A stretch of 64,000 bases of DNA from NCBI GenBank assembly GCA_963666735.1, contig OY762926.1:2368001-2432000 (forward strand), written 5' to 3'. The first letter of the stretch is position 1; every line of letters starts with the position of its first letter. Below the pieces are notes generated by a model. That model saw only the letters and a program-made list of their open reading frames with translations, was not told where the DNA came from and made no database searches. Position numbers and translations under genes: made by a program. This document shows, one piece after another, positions 30,361 through 41,062 of the stretch. The DNA is from Gemmatimonadota bacterium. Its GTDB lineage: Bacteria; Gemmatimonadota; Gemmatimonadetes; Palauibacterales; Palauibacteraceae.

Positions 30361-32304
30361 ATGAACATTCGCGGAATCCCGGCGCGCGTCGGCACCCTGT
30401 TGGCCCTGATCCTCGCGGTCGCGGACCCGGCCCCGTCTCACGCCCAATCGGAGACGGGAACCGTGCGGGGGAAGGTGCTCGCTGCGACGGCCAACGTCGG
30501 AGTCGCTGGAGCCCAGGTCTTCCTGGCGGGGACGACGGTCGGCACGCTGACCGATGCGGAGGGCGGGTATTCCCTCTCGGGCGTGCCGGCGGGAGAGCGG
30601 GTCGTGACGGTCCGGTTGATCGGCTACCGGGAGACCAGCCGGCCGGTCACCGTGGCGGCGGGGCAGACGGTCACGCTGGACTTCACGGTCGAGCGGACGG
30701 CGGTGCGGAGAGAGGAGACCATCGTGACGGGGGTGGCCGCGGCGACCCCCGAGGCCGCGCCGCCCTTCACCGTGCTGCGAGGACCCTCGTCGATTAGCGC
30801 TTCCGCCAGGGCGATGTCTCTGGCGCGCCCGTTCCACAACACCGGCCACAACACCGAGTCGTACGCCCCCATCGAGGAGAACGACTTCCGGCTCGTGAGC
30901 GCGTCGCCGCTCTCCACCTTTTCGATCGACGTCGACCGCGCATCCTACGCCAACGTCCGGCGCTTCATCCAGGCGGGAGAGCGTCCGCCCACCGATGCGG
31001 TGCGAATCGAAGAGATGATCAACTACTTCCCCTACGAATGGGATGTCGAGGCGGGCGACCACCCCTTCCAGCTCCTCACCGAGGTGTGGGATGCGCCGTG
31101 GAGGACGGAGCACCGGCTCGTTCGCATCGGACTCCGGGCCCCCTCCATCGACACGGAGAACCTGCCGCCGAGCAACCTGGTCTTCCTGTTCGACGTGTCG
31201 GGGTCCATGAACTGGCCGGACAAGCTGCCCCTGCTGAAGAAGGCGTTCGCCCTCCTCGTCGACCAACTGAGGCCGCAGGACCGGGTTGCGATCGTCGTCT
31301 ACGCGGGAGCCGCGGGTCTCGTCCTCCCCTCGACGCCGGGCAACCGGCGCGGGAAGATCCTCGAGGCGGTGGAGCGGCTGGAGGCCGGAGGGAGTACGGC
31401 GGGCGGGGCCGGGATCGCCCTCGCCTACGACGTGGCGCGGAAGCATTTCATCGAGGGCGGGAACAACCGCGTGATCCTGGCGACGGACGGCGACTTCAAC
31501 GTGGGCGCTTCCAGCGACGGCGAGATGGTGCGGCTCATCGAGGAGGAACGCGACAGCGGGATCTTCCTCACGGTCCTCGGCTTCGGCACCGGGAACCTGA
31601 AGGACTCGAAGATGGAGCAGATCGCGGACCGCGGGAACGGCAACTTCCACTACGTCGACGGCCTCCTTGAAGCGCGGAAGGTGCTCGTGGAGGAGATGGG
31701 GGGGACGCTGTTCACGGTCGCGAAGGACGTGAAGCTGCAGGTGGAGTTCAACCCCGCGCGGGCCGCCGCATACCGGCTGATCGGGTACGAAAACCGGCTG
31801 CTTGCCGACGAGGATTTCAACGACGACACGAAGGACGCGGGCGAACTCGGCGCCGGACACACGGTGACCGCGCTGTATGAGGTCGTGCCCGCGGGTCTCC
31901 CGGTCCCCCGCAGCGTGGATCCGTTGCGGTACGAGTCCACCGCCGGCCCGCAGCTATCGGTTGAAACGCCTCCGGGTGCGTTCGAGGACGAACTGCTCTA
32001 CGTGAAGGTCCGCTACAAGGACCCGGACGGCTCCGAGAGCAGGATCCTGGCGCATGCGGTCGCGGACCGCTCCCGGTCGCCTTCGCGAAGCTTCCGGTTC
32101 GCCGCGGCCGTGGCGGGGTTCGGCATGCTGCTGCGGAACTCGCCCCACGCCGGACGGTTCACGCCGGATGATGTCATCTTGCTGGCGGAAGGAGGCCGGG
32201 GTGACGATCCGCGGGGATATCGGGGAGAGTTCATCCGCCTCGTGGAGGCCGCGCGCGACCTGGATCTTCTCGGGACGGCAGCGGAGGAGGGCGACCAGCG
32301 TTAA
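30361..32304 (+). CDS. YfbK-like vWA protein with an N-terminal carboxypeptidase-regulatory-like domain
   Basis: STFSIDVDRASY, DVSGSM (MIDAS), ILATDGDFNVG, YRLIGYENR. Confidence 0.92.
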   Translation: MNIRGIPARVGTLLALILAVADPAPSHAQSETGTVRGKVLAATANVGVAGAQVFLAGTTVGTLTDAEGGYSLSGVPAGERVVTVRLIGYRETSRPVTVAAGQTVTLDFTVERTAVRREETIVTGVAAATPEAAPPFTVLRGPSSISASARAMSLARPFHNTGHNTESYAPIEENDFRLVSASPLSTFSIDVDRASYANVRRFIQAGERPPTDAVRIEEMINYFPYEWDVEAGDHPFQLLTEVWDAPWRTEHRLVRIGLRAPSIDTENLPPSNLVFLFDVSGSMNWPDKLPLLKKAFALLVDQLRPQDRVAIVVYAGAAGLVLPSTPGNRRGKILEAVERLEAGGSTAGGAGIALAYDVARKHFIEGGNNRVILATDGDFNVGASSDGEMVRLIEEERDSGIFLTVLGFGTGNLKDSKMEQIADRGNGNFHYVDGLLEARKVLVEEMGGTLFTVAKDVKLQVEFNPARAAAYRLIGYENRLLADEDFNDDTKDAGELGAGHTVTALYEVVPAGLPVPRSVDPLRYESTAGPQLSVETPPGAFEDELLYVKVRYKDPDGSESRILAHAVADRSRSPSRSFRFAAAVAGFGMLLRNSPHAGRFTPDDVILLAEGGRGDDPRGYRGEFIRLVEAARDLDLLGTAAEEGDQR

Positions 32305-32388
32305 CGTGGCGCCTCGTCCCCGGGCCGCGGCGCCGACGAGTGCGGTCGCGGCGGCCCGCACCGGGAGGGCGCCCCCGTTGAAGCTCAG

Positions 32389-33129
32389 TTGAAGCTCAAT
32401 CGACGCATCTCCGGCCGGATCGAACGGCCGGCGGACAAGCGACGCTACGTGCGCCGGCTGTTCGCCGGCGTGGCCGGTCGCTACGACCTCACCAACGATG
32501 TCATGTCGCTGGGTCTCCACCGCCGCTGGAAGCGTCGGCTGCTCGCCAGGGCCGACCTGCGCCCGGGCCACCGCGTCCTCGATCTCGCGGCCGGCACGGG
32601 GGACCTCGCCCGGGGAGCGCTGGACCGGGCCGCGCGTGGAGCGTTCGAGATCCAGGTCGTTGCCGCCGATCTCACGCTGGAGATGATGCGGGTCGGGCGC
32701 GGAAGACCGGGTCCCGACCTCGCCGGCTGGATCGGAGCCGACGCGCTTCGTCTGCCCTTCCCCGATGGCGCGTTCGACCGCGTCGTCATCGGCTACGGGC
32801 TGAGGAACTTCGCCGGCCTGGACTCCGCGCTGGCCGAGAGCTTCCGCTGCCTGCGCCCGGACGGCCGGTTGATCTCACTCGATTTCGGGCACCCGCGCCC
32901 TGAGGCGCTGCGCCGCATCTACCTCGGATACCTCGACGTCTCGACCCGCGTCGCGGGTTGGGCGCTTCACCGCGATCCGGAGTCCTACGTGTACATCCCC
33001 GAGTCGCTGAGGAGGTTCCCGGATCAGCGGGAGATGGTCCGCAGGATGGAAGCGGCCGGGTTCGTGGAGTGCGGCTACGAAGACCTGATGAGGGGCGCCA
33101 TGGCCGTCAATTACGGAGACCGCCGCTAG
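32389..33129 (+). CDS. UbiE/MenG-family methyltransferase
   Basis: YDLTNDVMSLGLHRRWK, LDLAAGTGD, YGLRN, YIPESLRRFP. Confidence 0.9.
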   Translation: MKLNRRISGRIERPADKRRYVRRLFAGVAGRYDLTNDVMSLGLHRRWKRRLLARADLRPGHRVLDLAAGTGDLARGALDRAARGAFEIQVVAADLTLEMMRVGRGRPGPDLAGWIGADALRLPFPDGAFDRVVIGYGLRNFAGLDSALAESFRCLRPDGRLISLDFGHPRPEALRRIYLGYLDVSTRVAGWALHRDPESYVYIPESLRRFPDQREMVRRMEAAGFVECGYEDLMRGAMAVNYGDRR

Positions 33130-33150
33130 TGTCGCGGCCGGATTTTCGAG

Positions 33151-33342
33151 CTAGATGTTCGGGTTGGATTCCGTCTTCCAGACGGTGAACTGGCGCTGGC
33201 CGGATTCGCTTTCCTCGAGGCGAACCTTCAACGCATCGCCATCAGCCAGTCGCATGTGGTCGCGCATCTCCAAGGGAATCGTGATACGGCCACCGCTTCC
33301 TACGGTGATGTCGCGGTAATACAGGACGCGGAAGATCGCCAT
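33151..33342 (-). CDS. AbrB/MazE-like DNA-binding protein
   Basis: VGSGGRITIPLEMRDHMRLADGD; GGAGG RBS. Confidence 0.75.
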   Translation of the reverse strand: MAIFRVLYYRDITVGSGGRITIPLEMRDHMRLADGDALKVRLEESESGQRQFTVWKTESNPNI

Positions 33343-33485
33343 CTAACCTCCCATGGAGGGTGGATTCGGCAAAGCGAGGGGAATCCTCAATATGGGGATT
33401 CAGCGGCCCCGGCGGTAGACCGGTCCGCCGCACGCCCGCGGCTGCTGCTTGGCGAGGGGTGCGGGCAGTCCGTATCATCGGGGCC

Positions 33486-34436
33486 GTGAATACACCCGCC
33501 ATTCGCCTCCAGGGCGTCACGAAGCGCTTCGACAGGAAGGTCGCGGTCCGCGATCTCGACCTCGAGATCCCACGCGGATCGATCTACGGCCTTATCGGCC
33601 CGAACGGCGCCGGAAAGACCACGACACTCCGGATCATCCTCGACGTCATCGGGCCTGACGCCGGTTCGGTCGAAGTCTTCGGGTCCCCCAACGTCGAATC
33701 CATGCGCACCCGCATCGGGTATCTGCCGGAGGAGCGCGGGCTGTACCAGAAGATGACGGCGGCCGATCACCTCGCGTTCTTCGGCCAGCTCAAGGGGCTG
33801 CGCCGGAAGGAGGCGCTCGCGCGGGCCCGGGCCGGGCTGGATGCGGTCGGTCTTGGTGACCGGGCGGACGACAAGGTGGAGACCTTCTCGAAGGGGATGG
33901 CCCAGAAGGCCCAGTTTCTCGGGGTCATCCTTCACGAGCCCGACCTGCTGGTGCTCGACGAGCCCTTCAGCGGCCTCGACCCGCTGAACGTCGAACTGTT
34001 CAAGCAACTGCTGCAGGAACGACAGCGGGCCGGAGCCACGATTCTGCTCTCGACGCACCTCATCGAGGACGCCGAGCGCCTGTGCGAGCGCGTGTGCATG
34101 ATCGCCGGAGCGACCAAGGTGCTCGACGGACGGGTCCGCGACATCAAGGCCGCGGCGGGGCGGCGCGACATCGCGCTGTCCTTCGAGGGGAACCCCACGT
34201 TCCTCGATGCGCCGGATCTCATCGAGGACATCTCGGCGCACGGCACGTACGTGGAGGTCCGCATGGTGGAGGGGGCGGACCCCCAGGCCCTGCTGCGGCA
34301 GGCCGTGGAGAGCGGCGCCCTGATCTCGCGCTTCGAACTGATCGAACCGTCGCTGCGCCAGATATTCATCGAGAAGGCCACGGAGGCCGGGCTCTCGCAC
34401 GAGGACGAGAGTGACGATGACGAGGCGGCGGCATGA
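33486..34436 (+). CDS. ABC-2 type ATP-binding protein (NatA/YhaQ-like)
   Basis: GPNGAGKT, FSKGM, LDEPFSGLD. Confidence 0.93.
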   Translation: MNTPAIRLQGVTKRFDRKVAVRDLDLEIPRGSIYGLIGPNGAGKTTTLRIILDVIGPDAGSVEVFGSPNVESMRTRIGYLPEERGLYQKMTAADHLAFFGQLKGLRRKEALARARAGLDAVGLGDRADDKVETFSKGMAQKAQFLGVILHEPDLLVLDEPFSGLDPLNVELFKQLLQERQRAGATILLSTHLIEDAERLCERVCMIAGATKVLDGRVRDIKAAAGRRDIALSFEGNPTFLDAPDLIEDISAHGTYVEVRMVEGADPQALLRQAVESGALISRFELIEPSLRQIFIEKATEAGLSHEDESDDDEAAA

Positions 34437-35758
34437 ATCCGTTCACGCCGAGGGTGGCGACGGTGGTCCGCCGCGAGTTCATGATGCGCGTGAAGTCCAA
34501 GTGGTTTCTCATATCCACGCTGGGCCTCCCCGTTCTGATCGTCGGGCTCGGCGCGCTCTCCGCTTTCCTCGCGGTGAGGGGGGCGACGGATGCGGGCGAG
34601 GAGCGCAGGGTCATCGGGGTCGCCGATCCCGCCGGGCTGATCGGCGACCTCGTCGTTGAAGAGTTTCTCGCCGACGGGCTCGACGCCGTGCGCGCCGAGG
34701 ACATGGAGGAGTTCTCGATCGACGAGGCGCGGGCGCGGCTCTCCGACACCTCGTACGACCTGCTGCTGATGATCCCGAGGAGTGCGGGCCGGCGCTCTGC
34801 GGAGATGCCGGGGGAGACGCCGGACGCGGACGGGGGGGACCAGGAGGAGACGACGCTGCTCGCGCGGGCCAGCGTTCCGTCCGTCATCGAAGGTTCGGTC
34901 CGGGGGGCACTTCAGAGGGCATCGGTACGGGCGCGCCTGCGCTCCATCGGCGTGCAGAGCATCGATCCGGGCGCGCTGCTCCAACGGACTTCCTTCGAGG
35001 TCGTGAACGTGACGGAATCCGGAGAGGCGCGATCCCAGGACGTCTACCGGATGCTGAGCTTCGCCATCGCCTTCTTCTTCTACTTCATCCTGCTCATCTA
35101 CGGGCAGATGATCGTGCGGGCGATCCTGGAGGAGAAGCAGTCGGACATCGTCGAGATCATGGTCTCGTCCCTTCGCCCGTGGGAACTGATGCTGGGGAAG
35201 ATCGTCGGCGTCGGGGCGGTGGGCGTTGCGCAGATGGCCGTCTGGGCGCTGATCTTCGCGCTCGCGGCGGTCTACGGCCTCACGGCCGGAGCAACCACGC
35301 TTGCCGAGGCGGGGATCGACATCGCGAACATCCCGATCCCGTGGGGCACGCTCGTGCTGATGCTCTGCTTCCTCGTTTTCGGGTATCTGCTCTACGCGGG
35401 GATGTTCGCGGGCGCCGGCGCGACAATCAGCAACGAACACGATGCCCAGCAGGCGATACTCCCCGTCATGATGCTGATCATCCTTCCCTTCATCGCGACG
35501 CAGGGCGTGATCCAGAGCCCGAACGCCGGTTGGGGCGTCATCCTCTCCCTCGTGCCGTTCTTCAGTCCGCTGGTGATGCCGGCGCGACTGTTCGCCACTT
35601 CGGTCCCGGTGTGGCAGTGGCTCGTGTCGCTGGTGCTGCTGGGAGTGTTCGTCCTCGGGGCGGCGTGGGTCGCGGGCCGCATCTTCCGGGTCGGGATTCT
35701 GATGAAGGGCCAGCGCGCCAACCTGCCGCAGGTGCTGCGGTGGATACGCCACGGCTAG
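34433..35758 (+). CDS. ABC-2 permease (NatB/YhaP-like)
   Basis: EEKQSDIVEIMVSS, LMLGKI, RIFRVGILMKG. Confidence 0.9.
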   Translation: MNPFTPRVATVVRREFMMRVKSKWFLISTLGLPVLIVGLGALSAFLAVRGATDAGEERRVIGVADPAGLIGDLVVEEFLADGLDAVRAEDMEEFSIDEARARLSDTSYDLLLMIPRSAGRRSAEMPGETPDADGGDQEETTLLARASVPSVIEGSVRGALQRASVRARLRSIGVQSIDPGALLQRTSFEVVNVTESGEARSQDVYRMLSFAIAFFFYFILLIYGQMIVRAILEEKQSDIVEIMVSSLRPWELMLGKIVGVGAVGVAQMAVWALIFALAAVYGLTAGATTLAEAGIDIANIPIPWGTLVLMLCFLVFGYLLYAGMFAGAGATISNEHDAQQAILPVMMLIILPFIATQGVIQSPNAGWGVILSLVPFFSPLVMPARLFATSVPVWQWLVSLVLLGVFVLGAAWVAGRIFRVGILMKGQRANLPQVLRWIRHG

Positions 35759-36597
35759 CCGGCCGTGACAGAAGCGCGCGGCGAACCTCCTTCGCCGTCC
35801 TCTTGGCCCTCGGCGGCGGACTGTGCGCCGGGGCGTGCGGGACCGACGCGGACGCCTTCGTGCTCGGCGCCACGACGTCCACCTACGATTCGGGTCTGCT
35901 CGAACACCTGATCGCCCGCTTCAACGAAGACCACCCCGGACTCCGGGTGCGCACGGTCATCGCCGGGAGCGGCGAAGCGCTGGAACTCGGTCGCACGGGA
36001 GACGTGGATCTCCTGCTCGTGCACGCTCCCGAAGCCGAGGCCCGCTTCATCGAGGCGGGGCACGCGCCACGGCGGCATCCCGTCCTCTTCAACGAATACG
36101 TGGTCGCCGGCCCGCCCTCGGATCCGGCGCGGATTCGGGGATCCGCATCCCCGTCCGAGGCGTTCGCGACCCTCGCGCGGGGGGGGCACGGCTTCGTCTC
36201 GCGCGGCGACAGTTCGGGCACGCACTACCGCGAGATCGCCCTGTGGCGCGAGGCGGGCGTGGCCGGCGGCGGCACGGGGTACGTCGAGTCCGGGCAGGGA
36301 CAGGCCACGACGCTGCACGTGGCCAGCGAACGCGGCGCCTACGTCCTCACGGACGACGCGACGCTCGCGATGCTGTCGGAGGTGCTCGGCCTGGCCGCGC
36401 TCGTCGAGGATCACCCGTCGCTGCGCAACGTCTACTCGCTGCTGGCGCCACGAGCCGCGATCCGGCCCGAGCGCGCCGTGGTCTTCGCGGACTGGCTGCG
36501 CTCCGGCGACGGACGCCGCGCCATCGGGGAATTCCGGGTGCGCGGCGGCCCCGAGGCGCTGTTCGCCCCGTGGCCCGGCGACGATCCGCCAAACTAG
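35740..36597 (+). CDS. tupA: Tungstate ABC substrate-binding lipoprotein (start approximate)
   Basis: ATTSTYDSGLL, LLVHAP, FVSRGDSSGTH. Confidence 0.85.
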   Translation: MDTPRLAGRDRSARRTSFAVLLALGGGLCAGACGTDADAFVLGATTSTYDSGLLEHLIARFNEDHPGLRVRTVIAGSGEALELGRTGDVDLLLVHAPEAEARFIEAGHAPRRHPVLFNEYVVAGPPSDPARIRGSASPSEAFATLARGGHGFVSRGDSSGTHYREIALWREAGVAGGGTGYVESGQGQATTLHVASERGAYVLTDDATLAMLSEVLGLAALVEDHPSLRNVYSLLAPRAAIRPERAVVFADWLRSGDGRRAIGEFRVRGGPEALFAPWPGDDPPN

Positions 36598-36606
36598 ATT
36601 CGGCGC

Positions 36607-37305
36607 GTGGATCCGCTGCTCGAGGCTCTCCGGCTCATCACGTCGGGTGACCTGTACGTCTGGAACGTCATCTTCCGCTCTCTGCAGATCAGCGGATCGG
36701 CGCTCCTCCTGGCGATGGTCATCGGACTCCCCATCGGGATCGCGGTCGGGCTGACGCGATTCCGGCTTCGCCTGCCCGTGGTCGCGGTCATCAACGCGGG
36801 TCTCGCCTTCCCGCCCGTCGTGGTCGGCCTCGGAGTCTTCCTCTTTCTGTCGCGGGCCGGCCCGCTCGGCGACCTGCAACTGCTCTACACGCCGGCCGCC
36901 ATGATCGGCGCCCAGGCGATCCTCGCCGGCCCCTACATCGCGGCGGTGAGCCTCGCCGCGGTGGAGAACATCCCCCGGGACATCTCGCTTCAGGCGCGGG
37001 CGCTCGGCGCGAGCCGGCGGCGGGCCATCCTCCTGCAGCTGAGGGAGGTGCGGACGTCGCTCGTGGCCGCGGTGGCGGCGGGGTTCGGGGCCATCATCAG
37101 CGAGGTGGGCGCGGTGATGATGGTGGGGGGCAACATCCTCGGAGAAACCCGGGTGATGACGACCGCGATCGTGCTGGAGACGCGGCGCGGCAACTTCGAC
37201 GTCGCGATCGCCATGGGGATCGTACTCATGCTCCTCGCCCTCTGTGTGAACGCGGCGCTCCTCCTGCTCGGCCGGCGCACGATCCGCCGCGGCCAGGTCG
37301 CGTGA
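36607..37305 (+). CDS. tupB: Tungstate ABC permease
   Basis: PPVVVGL, ISEVGAVMMVGGNI, TRVMTTAIVLETRRG. Confidence 0.9.
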   Translation: MDPLLEALRLITSGDLYVWNVIFRSLQISGSALLLAMVIGLPIGIAVGLTRFRLRLPVVAVINAGLAFPPVVVGLGVFLFLSRAGPLGDLQLLYTPAAMIGAQAILAGPYIAAVSLAAVENIPRDISLQARALGASRRRAILLQLREVRTSLVAAVAAGFGAIISEVGAVMMVGGNILGETRVMTTAIVLETRRGNFDVAIAMGIVLMLLALCVNAALLLLGRRTIRRGQVA

Positions 37306-38429
37306 ACGCCCAAGCCGGACCGCTGCTCGGCGGCGCCGGCCTGCGCCGGGTCTACGGCGGGAGGACGGCCGTCGAGGTGGACCGCATCGAACTGCGCGAG
37401 GGCGAGATGCTCGCGGTGTTCGGGCCGAACGGGGCCGGGAAGTCCACGCTGCTGCGCCTGCTCGCCATGCTGGAGAAGCCCGACGCCGGAGAGGTCACGT
37501 TCCGCGGCGGGTCGGGGCGGGCGGCCGAGCGAGCGCTCCGGGCCGCGTCCGCCGTCGTGTTCCAACGCCCTCACTTCTGGAGCGATTCCGTCGAGTACAA
37601 CGTCGGGCTCGGCCTGGCCCTGCGCGGCGTGCCCCGCCCCGAAGCTCGCGCGCGCTCGCGCGCCGTGTGCGAGCAACTCGCGATCTCGCACCTGCTGGGA
37701 GCCCCGATATCGCGGTTGTCCGGAGGAGAGGCACAGCGCGTGGCACTCGCGCGGGCGCTGGTGCTCGACCCCGAGATCCTCTTCCTCGACGAGCCGACGG
37801 CGAACCTGGACACCGATTCGCGGCTCGACCTCCGTCACGACCTGGAGCGGGTGGCCCGGGAACGGGCGACGAGCGTCTTTCTCATCACTCACGACCGGGG
37901 CGAGGCCTTCCACCTCGCGGATCGGGTCGCCGTGATCCGGGACGGGAAGCTGGTCCAGACGGGTACGCCGAAGGAAATCTACGAGAACCCCGCCGATGTC
38001 TACACGGCGCGCGTCACCGGGGCGGAGTTCACGATCTCCGGCGTCGTGACGCGGGCGCACGAGCGCATGGTCACCGCCGACATCGGGGGCGCTTCGCTCG
38101 TGGCCCAGGGCGAAGCGGTCCCGGGCACGCCGGTGAAGATCGCCTATCGGCCGGAAGATCTCGTTCTCGGACCCCCGGACGTCCCCCCGGCGGACCTGAG
38201 TACGCGCAACCTCGTCGTGGCGACCGTGGAGGAACGGCGCGACATGGGCGGGCTCGTGCGGCTGCGGCTCCGCGGCCCCGTCGAACTCGTGGCCCTCGTC
38301 ACGCTCGACGCCGCGGAGGAACTCGGCGTCGACCCCGGAGTGCGCGTGGCCGTGCGCGCGAAGGCCACCGCGCTGCATGCGTTCGCGGCGGCCCCGCCGG
38401 CCCCGACGCTCTCCGACCCGGACGGCTAG
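37302..38429 (+). CDS. tupC: Tungstate ABC ATPase with a TOBE domain
   Basis: GPNGAGKS, LSGGEAQRVALARA, C-terminal TOBE-like region. Confidence 0.85.
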   Translation: MNAQAGPLLGGAGLRRVYGGRTAVEVDRIELREGEMLAVFGPNGAGKSTLLRLLAMLEKPDAGEVTFRGGSGRAAERALRAASAVVFQRPHFWSDSVEYNVGLGLALRGVPRPEARARSRAVCEQLAISHLLGAPISRLSGGEAQRVALARALVLDPEILFLDEPTANLDTDSRLDLRHDLERVARERATSVFLITHDRGEAFHLADRVAVIRDGKLVQTGTPKEIYENPADVYTARVTGAEFTISGVVTRAHERMVTADIGGASLVAQGEAVPGTPVKIAYRPEDLVLGPPDVPPADLSTRNLVVATVEERRDMGGLVRLRLRGPVELVALVTLDAAEELGVDPGVRVAVRAKATALHAFAAAPPAPTLSDPDG

Positions 38430-39658
38430 CCCGAACGCCGCCGGATTCCGGGGCCCGTCCAGATGACGATGGCTCCGCAGCGCCCCACGGCCCCGCCGAA
38501 CTCGGCCGGCAGCTCACTCGGACCGCGATAGACTTCGATCCCGGCGATCTCGGACGTCGAGACGAAGTTGTCGATCGATTCGCCGCCCCCGCCGTCGCGG
38601 ATCACGCGCACGCCGTCCAGGTAGACGTTCGCATTCCGGCACCCGTATTCGGCGCGGTTCCTCAGGCTGGGCACGCCCCGCGTCATGCGGATGATGCAGT
38701 TGTTGTTGGCGCCTCCGGTGCACTCGGTGCGCACCCCCGGAATCCGTCCCAGGTAGTGCGTCACGCGGATCGCGCCGGCGTCGTGGATGTCGTCCCGCGT
38801 GAGGAATACTCCGGCGCCGATCGCCTCGCCCAGTTCGCGCCGGTCGTAGAACCCCTGCAACTCCAGTCGTTTCTCACGCAACGCCGTGACGACGATCGGC
38901 GCGAGTTCGATCGGGTCCGCGCTGAGTTCGAAATCCACCTGCACCGTTCGGTCGCTCGGGAGGTGCACCAACTGGTCCAGGGGATCGAAGGTGATGTGAT
39001 CCACGGCCACCCGGTACATGCCCGGATCGAGGTCGGTGAACATGAAGCGGCCGCTGCCATCGGTCATTCTCTGCCGGTCCTCCGCCAACAGCGTGTCCGA
39101 GAGCATGATGCTCGCCGCTTCGACGGGACGACGGGAACGCCGATCGACCACCCGACCCACGATTCGGCCGGGCACGGTGAGCAGACTGGCGAGCGCGCCT
39201 TCCTCCACGCCCACGAGGATGTCCCACCCGGCGGGGGGGCCGGGTGCGATGTTCACCTGCGCCGGCTCCGTGCGGAAGGACGGAAACCTCGCGCTCACCG
39301 TGACATCCTTCAGGGGCGGAAGGCCGCAGAGGACGTACACGCCCGCGTTGTCCGCCTCCACGGAGATGGTGCGCCGCTGTCCTTCGTCTTCGGTCCAGGT
39401 CGCGGAGACGGTGGCCCCGGGAATGAGGATGCCTTGGAGCGTATCGCGGACGATGCCCGCAAGACCCGTGAGGGACGGATCCATATCCGCCGGACACGTC
39501 ACGATGCTACGGGAGGGGGTGAGGGGCGGGCCCTGAGCGGCCAGGCGAGATCCGGCCGACAGCAGGATGGCGGCTCCCGCCAGAGCGAAGGACGCGGCCC
39601 GGTAAACGGCCCTGCTCCGCGCCCGCGCCTCCGAACGATCCTCTCGATGTGTTCGCAT
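38426..39658 (-). CDS. Exported protein: two carboxypeptidase-regulatory-like domains + TonB plug-like domain, no barrel
   Basis: IVGRVVD, IELAPIVVT, GFYDRR, VYLDG, IAGIEVY, CGAIVIWT. Confidence 0.75.
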   Translation of the reverse strand: MRTHREDRSEARARSRAVYRAASFALAGAAILLSAGSRLAAQGPPLTPSRSIVTCPADMDPSLTGLAGIVRDTLQGILIPGATVSATWTEDEGQRRTISVEADNAGVYVLCGLPPLKDVTVSARFPSFRTEPAQVNIAPGPPAGWDILVGVEEGALASLLTVPGRIVGRVVDRRSRRPVEAASIMLSDTLLAEDRQRMTDGSGRFMFTDLDPGMYRVAVDHITFDPLDQLVHLPSDRTVQVDFELSADPIELAPIVVTALREKRLELQGFYDRRELGEAIGAGVFLTRDDIHDAGAIRVTHYLGRIPGVRTECTGGANNNCIIRMTRGVPSLRNRAEYGCRNANVYLDGVRVIRDGGGGESIDNFVSTSEIAGIEVYRGPSELPAEFGGAVGRCGAIVIWTGPGIRRRSG

Positions 39659-39845
39659 CCTGCGGTCTCCGCCGCTACGTCGCCAAGCCACGCATGGAAA
39701 GTAATGCCAGCGCGCAGCGCGCACACGACGCGCGCCGGACCGCCGCCGCGAAGAACCTGCGGGGATTAGCGACGGGCGATGGTATTGCGAGACCCTACCG
39801 GACGCTGTCACTCTTTCGAAGGTTCTTCGGCTGCGGAGTCTCATC

Positions 39846-40298
39846 TTGCAAATCGTGCGAAACCGGCAAGCTCGCTGCGCAATTGGCGTCGTTGGTGTCC
39901 TTCTCGGACTGTCCGGCTGCCTGAATCTGGGGGTCGGACTCTCCCCGACCGTCGGGAACATGCTCTCGTCCGTCGTCAGCGAGGGATCCGCCCTGCCCGA
40001 GTTCGCGCGCGCCGCCGGGGGGCCCGGGTCCATGCGAGTCTCGGGCCAGATCGTGGGCCGGCTGCGGTGCGATTACGTGTCCCCCGACCTGCGGGAGGTC
40101 GACGGAGGACTGGAACTGTCCATCACGATCGTGTCGGGCCGGCAGGGCTGCAACAGTCTGACGCCTTCGACGCTGTCCTACGTGGCGAACATCTACAACG
40201 TCGAGCCCGGATCCTGGTCGATTCTCGTGGAGCATCGCTACGAAGGCGTGGAGGGCATACCCGGCGAGCGTCTGTACGACGTCGTCACGGTAAACTAG
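39846..40298 (+). CDS. Hypothetical lipoprotein
   Basis: LSGC lipobox, beta-rich body with two Cys. Confidence 0.65.
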   Translation: MQIVRNRQARCAIGVVGVLLGLSGCLNLGVGLSPTVGNMLSSVVSEGSALPEFARAAGGPGSMRVSGQIVGRLRCDYVSPDLREVDGGLELSITIVSGRQGCNSLTPSTLSYVANIYNVEPGSWSILVEHRYEGVEGIPGERLYDVVTVN

Positions 40299-40323
40299 CT
40301 GCCGAAAGCTCCCCTCCGAGGCA

Positions 40324-40593
40324 TCACTCCAGGGGAGCGGAGCGGGAATGGAGCCCGAGAAGATCCGCGTCGCTCATGCCGGCCAGGGCGCGCGTCGCCT
40401 CGGCCACGCTGCGGCTCTCGTGCGACAGCCAGCGCGGCGGCTCGAAGGGGTCCTCAAGGCAGACGAAATAGATGCGGGCCGCTTGGGGCGTATTCGGCTG
40501 GCCACCCGAGACATAGGCTTCCCAGCGAACCATCCCTCCGTCGAGGAACGTGCGGGAGAGCGCCTTCTTCGGATCCACCCTCGCGGCGCTCAC
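40324..40593 (-). CDS. Small hypothetical protein
   Basis: GTGA overlap with the upstream ORF; resembles it. Confidence 0.6.
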   Translation of the reverse strand: MSAARVDPKKALSRTFLDGGMVRWEAYVSGGQPNTPQAARIYFVCLEDPFEPPRWLSHESRSVAEATRALAGMSDADLLGLHSRSAPLE

Positions 40594-40880
40594 ACCTTCA
40601 CCGAGCGTGCGAGCAGTTCGCGGAGTCCCACCTCGTTCATTTCGGCCACGGCCTCCTTCGGCACCTTGGAGATGCCCGGCGGCGCCTGGTTGTAGCGCTG
40701 CGGAATGGTGATGTCGTCCTGGTTCCGGAACATCACGAGCAGCCGGGGCGACTGTTGCGTGGTGCCGGAGAAGATGGAGAACTCGGCCTCCCAGGTGGCC
40801 CCGGATTCGCTCTTGAACCGGGTTCGGGCGCTGTCCGCGGCCCCATCCATCCGGAAGATCAGTTTCTTCAGAAGCGACAT
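40590..40880 (-). CDS. Small hypothetical protein
   Basis: ATG start, GC3-biased codons, 96 aa. Confidence 0.65.
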   Translation of the reverse strand: MSLLKKLIFRMDGAADSARTRFKSESGATWEAEFSIFSGTTQQSPRLLVMFRNQDDITIPQRYNQAPPGISKVPKEAVAEMNEVGLRELLARSVKV

Positions 40881-41062
40881 GTGTGCGCCGGTTGGTGCGT
40901 TTGCGTGAAACCGTTGGACGTCGGCGCCGGGACACTAGGCGAGTCGGGCGCGACCCGCCAGCCTGAAGGGTTCCGATGCGGACGCGAAGCTGCGAGTTTG
41001 CATCGGATTCGATGCCCGGCTGGTGGTTTTTCCGCCCCCGCCGGCCACGCAAGGAGAACGTC

